From positions 3,882 through 67,881 of the forward strand of contig JBAZJG010000005.1 of NCBI GenBank assembly GCA_041651455.1: 64,000 bases of DNA. The letters run 5' to 3'. Origin of the DNA: Candidatus Omnitrophota bacterium. GTDB taxonomy: Bacteria > Omnitrophota > Gorgyraeia > Pluralincolimonadales > Pluralincolimonadaceae. The position numbers and the translations under genes are program-made. Shown one piece after another: positions 38,901-48,700 of the stretch (the stretch's first letter is position 1; every line of letters starts with the position of its first letter). The notes beneath the pieces were generated by a model. It worked only from the letters and a program-made list of their open reading frames with translations, searched no databases and was not told where the DNA came from.

Positions 38901-39795
38901 GGCGGAAATGGAAGAGCTTTTCAAGGCGAAAGCGATAGCGCATGTGGACCTGCTGAAGCAGAGGGAGTTCGTAGAGAGCCTTCTGCAGAAGTACATCGAC
39001 ACCAACAGGTATACCGAAGGGCACAGGAACAGCCTCGGCATTGCCGTCGGAGGCCTCGACCCGAGGTTTTCGGTCGTGAACACCGAGGTTTACGACAAGT
39101 CCGCCCGGCGCGTCGCGCTTACGGAAGATTTCGAGATCAAGCAGAGGCTGTTGGACGAGCTTACATCCGCGAGGCAGGCGCTCCAGGGACTGCTGCAGGA
39201 TGATCTGCTCAAGCGCGCGGAGATCAAACTCGACATGGCCAGGCTTGATACCCAAGCTATATCAAAACAGGTAAAGACGCTCGCGGTCAACCTCGAGTAC
39301 ATATACCTTACGGATTTCATGGGACTAATAATGAGGGATGAAGCCGCCTTCTCGCGTTATGACAACATGTCGGAGTTTTTCTCGCTGAACTCCATAGACC
39401 AGATATTCAATCCCGCCACCGGGACTAAGGCGAGGATTGCGGCGATAAGCGAGAAGGTCGCGGCATTAAGGTCGAAGTCATATACGAAAAACGTTGTCCA
39501 GGACGCGTTGAGGAGGTTTACCGATTACCAGGTGGCCGTGGCCGATTACGCCAACTACGAGAAGAACGAAACGGTGCTGGAAAACGAGATGGCCGAGAAG
39601 ATGCGTATGGAAGAGGCGGCAGGGAACACGGCCCTGATCAGGCAGAGGGAGCTAAAAGAGACGATACTTAACAACAAGATAAAGAAGATACAGGCATTCT
39701 ACAGGATGATGAAATTTATGAACGAACTGGACCGTTATCTGATAAGATATACTTCAAAAGGCATAGAATCATACGTAACATTCGTCACAAAATGA
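35986..39795 (+). CDS. Giant TolC-family outer-membrane factor with about six OEP-type repeats (three TolC-protomer equivalents in one polypeptide)
   Basis: The 1269-aa product has an N-terminal signal-like segment (..LSIALAMSFPSMSC). TolC-style module starts occur at aa ~35 (LSLEAALNRMYEVDPEIQ), aa 432 (MSLEDLLARGERSDILTVKQ) and aa 838 (LLAGLQEAIDLAMQNSREIR). Each is followed by long heptad-rich helical hairpins and short Gly/aromatic beta segments. Confidence 0.65.
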   Translation: MLSQNCKKYIISLSIALAMSFPSMSCPGELDYNKLSLEAALNRMYEVDPEIQISRLACDASLLEIKARKLDTFMPKLSVGVSIVKPVDIFTKLDQQKEMFFEQQVIIEFAVTSNSFNHILKDRKGYEASMLELKQAVSERSRELITVYYAVARAQENYRSSCDNIETVEKVLKMVENSNEYTDVEKLEIRNYLAVVTEEKLGALNTLINTRRDLRGLLGLENREDIDITVEELPDNINNDIAFYENPLIRPADYTLDIYKKRGEAADVASRISASPLLKFSSATILGIAEGRFTKLQKKVITDTGVELHITDFGYTGGLNDVSKINSQIARLEVLKAEEDLEYSDLIANGKLAELSGLIDNYREYITKTEDMLRMFRERLSLPVIEIIRMNDNLYKAKYAMQQALVDYTVMLSNLKGVELKPEQTSPQYQDMSLEDLLARGERSDILTVKQISEKKMRMENVRINATKAGYFPKITGAAILENANIDGVPSQATRAYVALEGQLFNFKNGQAIRAAKASMEEIRYEGAALQNVVADEIIKNYLFILRSKNTLKWLNEIKGIKDDIIRDMLENMEGKGPKYSNSDILPLVLQQMELDRMMADAEFSLAVVEYSLKKWTGIPLNETISVKELPAFGEDEGLSGFMALIRSKVAPYFDGKAPVKQALSAVEKNRAEEARAVAYDGALLQVKCETKGMEYKGWHDPDRQVSFSVSVPWGDRREKIARSEAARTRIKSEIEYLKSMDAYEKERLSVKTSYDSSKALLEDLRSKKENMESQYRITEELYRFGGRTKKQMVDSKLDFIVAQMSYEEAVLDNYYHNARELLVVEKDAEPEGSERILLAGLQEAIDLAMQNSREIRKYEESLKLEKETLDYYKTVRIKGDIGGDSYIIDNKGWNETKRVKTAGIVATADIDLVNKYMVKVQQRRIELAEKDLEQAKFDLTLKVADAYSGYLGSLAETSEVRKEYERQKTVLAEMEELFKAKAIAHVDLLKQREFVESLLQKYIDTNRYTEGHRNSLGIAVGGLDPRFSVVNTEVYDKSARRVALTEDFEIKQRLLDELTSARQALQGLLQDDLLKRAEIKLDMARLDTQAISKQVKTLAVNLEYIYLTDFMGLIMRDEAAFSRYDNMSEFFSLNSIDQIFNPATGTKARIAAISEKVAALRSKSYTKNVVQDALRRFTDYQVAVADYANYEKNETVLENEMAEKMRMEEAAGNTALIRQRELKETILNNKIKKIQAFYRMMKFMNELDRYLIRYTSKGIESYVTFVTK

Positions 39796-42700
39796 GCGGG
39801 AATATGTCAAAGAGCGGCAAAAAAATAGCCATAGTGCTGGTAGCGGTCGCGGCCATCTTCATCACGGCGCGCTCGTGTATGCACCGTTCCGCGGATGTAC
39901 GGGACGCGGCCGGCACACAGCAACCGATCGCAGCCGGTGCCGCGCGTACAGATAACCCGCTCGACCATGCGCGGCAGCGCGATTCGGCTTTAAATGCCGG
40001 AGAATTGATATCCTTCATATTGGAATGGACCAACCCGGAGACCGGGCTGGTGCCTACAATCATATCAAAGAGCGGGCAAAAGAACCCTTTTGCCGACCTG
40101 TCTTATACGTACGCGCAGGCGGTTGCGCACCAGAACCTCATAATTGCGGGATCAAACGACAGGTCGCAGGCCGCCGCGGAGATATTCAGGCAGAGGGGAG
40201 AGACGAGGGATATACCTAACTGCTTCAACGTCCGGACCGGGTTTAGCGAGGACCCTTTGGTAACTGCCGGGCCAAACGCGTACTGGGGCATAAGTTTCAT
40301 AAGGGAATACAAGGCAACCGGCGACGAAAAGTGGCTTACGGCAGCAAAGAGGCGCGCAGATTTCCTGCTAAAACTGCAGACGGATGACGGCGGGATAAGA
40401 AAGAACCCCTTCCAGGGCAACGCGGAATATAAAGCCAAGTCGACAGAGGAGAACCTCGATTGCTATGCGCTGTTCGTGATGCTTTCCGATATCACAAAGG
40501 AGAATAAGTATGCGGTTGCCGCGTCCGATGTGCTCAAATGGCTTGCGGAAAGCGGTGTATATGACATAGAAGCGGGTTATTTTATCGCAGGCACATCGGA
40601 TGATCAGATGAACCCGTTGTATGCAACAGACGCGAACGCGCTCGCTATCATAATACTCGGCCCTGAGCTGCTCGATTCAGAAGGCAAGGTCCGGTTCGGC
40701 GGGGCCGGCACAAGCCGCAGGATCCTGGACAGCCTTGATGCGGCCAAGGTCAAAGTAGATTATCTCCATCCGTCCGGCGTCACGATAAAAGACCTAGAAG
40801 GATTCGATTTTACCGACAAATTCGGCAGGCCAGGCAGGAAACCAGTCCTGAGCCCCGAGTTCACTTCCCAGGCGGTGCTGGCATATCTGGTAATGGCAAG
40901 GCACGCGAAAGAGAAAGGAGATGCCGAGTATTCGGCCAAGCTGATCGAAGACGCGCGGCGTTATCTCGATAACCTAGGGAGGATGGCAGCGCGCACAGGG
41001 AAGTCGGCGTCACTGCCTTATGCCTCGGAGAAAGGGATTAGGCGTTATCCGTTCGACAACTGGCTGACGCCGCAGGGAGATGCGGATATATCGGCGACAT
41101 GGGCGTCATTCCCATTATCGGGATTCAATCCGTTCGCGCTTGAAGGGTTAGGGCTGCGTGATGCGCTGAAGGACTCCGCGGAATGGATGTCCGATACGGG
41201 TGAGGTCATAAAGCCCGAAAAAGCTTTCGTTATCCCCGAACCGGAGAAGATCATATCCGAAGCAGAGCTCATTGCCCAGCAGGAAGCGGCAAGGGAAGAG
41301 GCGATGAGGAAGCCGATCGTGTATTATAAGGTCCTTTACGACCAGGTCAATAAGGATGCGACTATTGCGAGAAGGAGAGTGATAGCCGTCCTGATGACAA
41401 GCTACAATTGCTGGTTCGACGGCGTGCTGGATACGGCGTCGCGGGACTATGACGTGATCGGCGTTGACGGGAATTATAAGGTTTTCTACAAAAGATTCCA
41501 GGACCTTCCGGAAGCGACAAGGAAAGCCGTGCAATCGGAATATGCCTATTTTGACGAGCCAACCGGCATAAAATGGAGGATGGCCCCGAAATACAATTTG
41601 TATCTAGACGGGCAGTATAAGCCGTATTATGCCTTCGAGATAGACGGCGATTACAACATAATCAGGCAGTTTGCGTCCGAGAGCGACATCCCTGAAGAGA
41701 ACAGGGCCGATCTCAAGAGCGCAAAAGCCCAATTCCAGTCCTCCCGCGGCCTTCCCGAGGGCCATCTTATAGCAAGGTATTTCACCGCGCTCGAAGTGGA
41801 CGACGAGATGAATATAACGAACTATTACGAAGCGATAGATGACCTTCCCGGCCTTGTCTCTAAAGTCCCGATAAGCGAGGATGAGTTCAGGAGGTATATA
41901 AAGGCGAAGGACTGGGAGAGGCTGGACCTGGTCTCTGCTGGCATCATACCTGATGAAAAAGGGATGCTTGCCGTACAGGAGAGAGGTATGTATTACGCAA
42001 GGGTCCTCGGCCTCGATGAGACGAGGAGGCTGCGTGTCGGTGGTGTCTCCGTAGCCAGCGGACGCGAGATAATCATGGGAACGAGGTTCAGTCTTACTAA
42101 CTGGCGCATAGGAGAGGCATCGAAAACTAACGCCGTCAAATACGAGATCGGGCTCATAAAAGGCATGGTCATAAAGCCGCGTGAACAGTTTACCGGAAGC
42201 GGCCCTTCACCGACGCAGCCGCTTTGGATATACCTCGGGGAAGATATGATCGCGTCCGAGACCGCGGAATTCAAGAGAAGGCTCATGAGCTTGTTGAAGC
42301 GCATCAAATCAGAGAAGGATGCGCAGACACGCCTCGAGCTCGTGGAACAATACGACCGGTTGGCCGGAGAGCTCGCCTGGTACGACGAGAACGGGTTCAT
42401 ACATGTTATCTATTATGGTGTAAAAGCTGCCGAAAAGAGGTTCGGGGATTTTGCGTCGGCAAAGGCAAGAGCGGAGAACAGCCTGAGGACCTACGAATCG
42501 ATCCTGGGTAAGGACCAACTCGGGCGGGACCTGCGCGATTCATACGGCCGCGTATGGCTAAAGGTCATAAACGAGGCGACCGGACGCATATTATACGTCG
42601 AGGTCTATGATATGGCGGGAAATCTCGAGACGATATATTCCGGGAAAATCGATATCGACCCGCTAACTAAGGAGGTCAGGTCCGAAATAAGGACCGATCT

Positions 42701-45700
42701 CGAGTACGACAAGGAGACCCTGCAGGTAGTCGGCAGCCACACATACCGCACGGACGAGAACGGGGATTGGGTGTCCGATATATCCGAGAGCATATTCAAA
42801 GGGTATACGCCCGACAAGAAGTATTTCGTTTCGGAGGTGCATATATTCGATAGGGACGAGGACGGCAGGATAATATTCGAGGACGGGAAAGCCAGGTATA
42901 CAAAGAAGATAGAATATTACACGCCTGAAGGCGATATATCGGCCCAGATGGTGAAGAATATAATTACTATAGTCAAGTACGGCGCCAACCATGAGGTCGT
43001 GAAAGAGGTATTTCTCGAGCGGCCCGGAAAGGTCCTGACAGGGGAGAACACGAACCTCGATAACCTGACGCAGGGCCTTGCGTGGGTCCGCAGGTACAAG
43101 ACGACAGGCAAGATCTTGACTTTCAAGGATTCGCTCGTGAAGTCCCTGACATCGCTGCCGGAAGAAGAAAGGGAAACGGCCGCGCTGCTGATATTGAACA
43201 GGCTCGGCGCGGAGAAGGTGGGCAGGATCAGCGATATCCTTATGCTGGAAGAGAACGAGGTCACGAACAACCTGACCGGCGACCCTGCCGCGGCCGGGGA
43301 GGCGCCCTATTTTGTGTTCTATGAACCGGGCGACAGTTTAGGCCGGCAAAGGCTCATAGTGCGCGGCGGTACGATGGAGGTCCCCGTTGACTGGATAGCC
43401 GAGGCCGATATACCTTCGAAGACGCTCACCTTCAACCTTGCCGGTGAATTGGTCTCGATAAGCGATGTCGACAGCTCTGTCCGCGCGGATTCCGTACTGC
43501 CTCCCGGATATATAGAAAGGATGGCGCCGCTCGGTATCAACGCCGATACGCTGCTGCCCCAGATGAAGAAGAGGATATTCAGGATGGTGACCGGCGAGGA
43601 CGGCCTGCCGCATTTCACGAATACGGTGGCCATAACGACGGTCAGCTACATGATACCCGACGACGTTCTCGGCAGGGAGCTCTTGAATGTCAAGTTTGTC
43701 ATGCTCGGGGACGAGACGACGCTCCACAGCGGCAGCGCGCTGAAGCTCAAGCGAAATATATTCGGCAGGGACACGCTTATCGAGTCGTGGAAGGACGAAA
43801 GGGGCGAGGCCCGCACCCGTGCTATAGCCAAGAAAGAGGATACCGTAGTATATGAATGGTATAAGGAAGGCCTCGGCACCGGCGAGCTGCGAGAGCGCCT
43901 GAAGTCCGAATGCGGCAAGATCGTGAAACGCAAGATACTGGAAGAGGCGCTTGAGAACGTCGCGGAGGCGCCGTTCGGCACAATGCCCGGCTATCACGTC
44001 ATAAAGCCGAACGGGCGTATAGGCGAGATCAAATATTTCTCCGGCACAGTCGAATATCCGCGCAGCGTCTTCAGTCATCCCGGGGTAAAGGTGCCTTATG
44101 AGACGGAAGCGCCGCCGTTCAAGCTTCCGGACGGTCCCCTGATAAGGGGAGTGAAATACGGCGTGTTGAATTCCGATTACGCGTTCTATGACGTGCATTC
44201 GCTCAGCGGCCAGCTGATAGTCCTCGAACGCCGTTTCATAATCCTGCGCCTCATGAACATACTGCCGGTGCAGGGCGGCAGGCAGACTGAATATTATGAC
44301 CCGCTCGTCCCGTATTCATACCTGAGGCCGATAAAGATAGAAAGGGATTTCAGGCCCGGCACACAACCCGAGGGCACGCAGCCGGGCACCCAGATCGTTG
44401 CGGTCTTTATCGGCGATGCGAGCATCTACCACCGTAACGGATGGCAGACCCAGACTTTCCTCGAGAGGAGGCCGTTCGATATAGAGCACTGGATACGCTC
44501 TGATTACGAGTTCGACGATAACGGCGTATATAAGTTCAAGAAAGAGCATATCGAAAGCAGTTCGATATACCTGATGAGGTCTATAAAATGGCAGAAGCCG
44601 CTAGCTTTCTTCGCGTTTGTGGCAGGCCTCTTCTTCCTGGCCGGGTATGTCTCGCGCAGCAGGCTTAAGGCAGGTAAGAGGTCCAGGATGGCTGTCGCGC
44701 GTGCGGCATCGCGGCCGTTCAGCAGGGAAGTGCTTGCGCGGCTCTCGGTACCTGAAGAGCTGAAAGCCGCCTGTATAAGGGTTTATGAAGGACATGAGCC
44801 GGTATCGGAACTCTTCGCCGCATCCGAAAAGGTCTTCAGGCCCAGGATCGAGGAATGCCTTCGCGGTTTCGGGGCCGACCCTGCCGGACATACGGCAAGC
44901 GTAAATGTCCTGCTGGACAGGATCGCGTGCCGGATCGGAAGGGAGGATATAAATTTAAGCAACCTGTTCGCAGTTGAAGCGAAAGAGTTCGGGGAATGGT
45001 CTAAGAAGAACGGGCATTCCGTCAACATTGCCGCAGGCAGGCCCGGCAGGGACGACCTGTCGGTGATAGTCCTCTTCAGGCTGGTATTCGACGAATCGAT
45101 GGAATTCAGGGCCGCCGTCACCGGGTTCAGGAATTACCTGCTCGATAAGTCGCTCGGGCTCCTTGACGAAGGCAGGAAAGGCGATATATTGCGCGAGATA
45201 CGCGGCGATACTCTCGCTTTCCTCGAGGCCTTAAGGCCTGGTTATGACAGGAAGCTCGGGCTCACTAAGGAATATATATTCACGTATGATGACATGAGCG
45301 AGCTCTTTGAAGGAAAGAGGCCAGGTTTCATCGCCTCATTCTCCCAGCTGGCAGGAAAGACCGCCGAGCAAAAACTCTCCTGGCTCGCGTCAAGGGCGGG
45401 CAAGGATGCCGCCGCGGACGTGAAGTCATACAAGAGCTACATATGGCTCAAGACGTTCCCTGATAAGGCCGGCGTTCCGCAGTTCGTCTGGAACCTTAGG
45501 CGCTTCTGGGAATTTCTCGTGCCGATGTTCGCGGCAGTGACTCTGGGCGGCGTAGCGATAGCCCTGAAACGGATACCGTTCGCCCAACGCCTCTCCGGTG
45601 CGATGGGCCCGATAGGAGCCACCTTTGTCGAGGTAACGGCCCTGATATTTATCGGCCTCATCATAACTATGGCCTTCAAGAGGCGGACACTCGGCGATTA

Positions 45701-48700
45701 CAGGCCCGCGCTGAGGGATGCGGCCGGGAGCAAGGAGCTCAGGCGCTCGATCAGGCTGTTCTGGATAATGTTCGGCTCGGCTTCTTATCTCTGGGGCCTC
45801 TTCAGCATATTCGTGATAATCTGGACCGTCAGGATCATAAGCAAACTCACGTTCGTGAGCGCCGGATGGGGCCTGTTCATCAACGTGAGCGCGCTGCTGC
45901 TCACCTTCACGTTCATACTGTCGAGCTTCTTCTCGCTCTTTTATATCATAATAGCGTTGATAGGGTTTTACCGCGGCAAGAGGGAAGGCATCGGCCAGGT
46001 CATATCATGGGCCCAGATGAGGAGGAAGTTCGAGGCATCCAGGCGGTGCTTCGGGCAGATCATCACTCCGTCCGAAGCGTTTTGGAAATCATATTGGAAT
46101 TCCATGATAACGGAACTCTACGATTATTATGTCATCAGTGCCGCGGAGAGGGATGGGCTGGTTTATTCGGAAAAGAACGCGGTGCCGAAGCTATCCTCAC
46201 AGCCGCGTGCCGAAGAGGCCTCCGAAAGGATGCGCCTGTACGTAAACAGCTGGCTTATGGAGATGCCGAAGGCATGCTCCTGGAACGACCTGCCGACCTT
46301 CACGGCAATGGTAACGGCTTTCAATGAGCCGGTAAGCTTCTCGTTCGACGAGCTGAACGGCTGCGACAGGGGGGCCGAGGTCACGAGGCTTAACCACCTG
46401 ATCGGGTTCTATAGGCCGCAGTGGGAAGAATTTGTCGGCAGGCTAAATTCCGCCGACCTCGGGCATTATATCACGAGGGAACAGCTAAAGCTGCTCTTCG
46501 GCCTGAAGAAGCTGCCCGAAGGGCTCCCTGAACAACTGAAGGAAAAGATCAGGAAGTGGGCAAACCTGACGGTCCAGTGCGTCGAGAAGACGGCCGTGGA
46601 GGTATACAGGATACGCGACGCTTTCGCGGCATACGCACGGGCCTGCTATCCCGGAATCTCCGAGAAGGCGGTATCGGAGATGGTCTCTGATAAGGTCCAG
46701 ATACTGCTGAATTACGAGGGCTACCACAGCGCCGCGACCCGCGATTCCGACAAGGAGGCCCTGAGGAGGATCATGAAGGAGCTCCCGTTCCTTGACGTAT
46801 ACTGGGCGGCGCCGGAAGGCGACGAGAAGGGAACGGACCGCGGGCTCCACCGCTATAACCCGTCGACAGACAGCATAGAGCTTATAGAGACCGCGCCGTT
46901 CACCTCCACGGTCAAGAAAGGCAAGCCGAGCGGGCTGAACCAGGCGCTGCCGTTCGTGAAGGGCGAGACGGTCCTTTTCTTCGACGCGAACTGCTCGGTC
47001 AGGATAGAGGACGCCCTGAAACTGCCCGTCGCGCTTTCCGAGTTCGCGGACGACCCGTCGCTCGGCGAAGTCCTGTTCGCGGAATACATATTCAACAAGA
47101 ACTACTCCTGGATCTCCCAGGCGATAGGTTTCAACGAGGAGACCTTCGTTTCGGTGACCCAGAGGACGCTTAACATCTTCCAGGCCTGCGGTTTCTACGG
47201 CCACAGCGCGATAATAAAGACAGACATGATAACCGCGGCCTGCGGCCTGCCGCAGGATTACATATCGGAGGACATACTCCTTGCCACGGCATTATGGAAA
47301 AAGGGCCTGAGGACCTCGCACAAAGAATACCTGACCTTCGGGAAGGGCAGGGAGACCTCGTATTTCACGAGCCTCGTGCCGCTGACGAAGTGGGCGATGG
47401 GTTCTTCCGACGCCGCGATAGGCCGCGTCATGCGCGGCATACTCGATTCGAGGAATGTCCATGTCGCGCAGAAGTTCATGCTGATGTTCGGGTTCTCGTT
47501 CTTCTACCAGACCCCGCTGATGTTCGTGATAAACTTCCTTTACCTGTGGCTGATGATCTGCTGGGGCATAAACGGTTTCATGGCGGTCCCGTACCCGATA
47601 GTCTTCGGTATCCTCGGCCTGCTCTTCAACCAGGCGATAACCGCTACCGGCGTCGCGTACCTCGTGGAACATTACGGTTTCAGGAAGTCCTTCTCCGCAT
47701 ACATGAAGCTTGTCGCGAAGAACCATTTCTTTTACGCGTCGGTCATACCCGCGTACGCGTTCGGTTTCCTCGCAGGCCTGAAGGGAAAGGCAGTCTTTAT
47801 CATAAGCCCGAAGGGATGGAACCTGGGCCACCTGCCCCTCAAGACGATATGGGGGGAGAAGAGGGCCATACTGAAGGCGGCGCTCTTCAGCACCATGGTA
47901 GGCCTTCCGCTCGCATACCTGTTCGTGTCGACCGAGACGGTCCCGTTATGGATAAGCCCGTTCATACCGTTCCTGCCGTTCGCCGTAGTTGCGGCTATGT
48001 ACTTGGCCGGCCTCAGGTGGAAAGAGACGGGATTGGGTTTCCTGAAGGATTGGCGCGACGAGATAGTCCCCGACGGCGACATCCGCAAGATGTCCGTCAT
48101 AAAGCTGCAGATGATATACGCGATGGTCTTGCTTGTCTTCACGGGAGTCGGCTTCGTCATGTGGGGCCTTATATTCTCATCCCTGGCGGTCAAGGCGCTG
48201 TTCATATTCTCGGTCCTTTACATAAGCACGACGCTGTCGTTCATAATAATGCCGCTCTTTGCGCATTCGCAGCCGGTCGCGCTGTTCAAGGAGATAACGA
48301 TATCCAAGTTCTGGAATTACGCGGTGATACCGATGCTGCTGGCGAGCATTGTTCTCGGCGCGGTCTCTATAATGTCGAGCCCCGCGACGGCATCGCCCGA
48401 ATCCGTCGTCTATACGCTTCTCGGCATATCGATGCTTGTCGGATGGGCGCTGCTTAAGTGGAAGCTCAGCGGGTATGCGAGGCTTGACAGGTGGCTCAGG
48501 CAGAACCTGGCCGGATACGCATCCTCTTCGCCGGTACGCAAAGCCGACCTCATGGATGACATATACTTCGCTCACCAGGAGTTGATCCAGAGCGACAGGC
48601 AGGAGGAGCTTAAATACAGCAGGAAGGCCGGGAAGGCCAAAGCCGTGTTCGTGTTCACGCTGTCGGCCGCGTTGCTGATGTATTTCACGTCGGAATTCTA

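Noticed and set aside
47294-48457. A 387-aa alternative-frame plus-strand ORF inside the giant gene.
   Set aside because: It is Arg/Gly/Pro-rich and off-frame. The main frame carries the GT48-like motifs and coherent TM helices over the same nucleotides.
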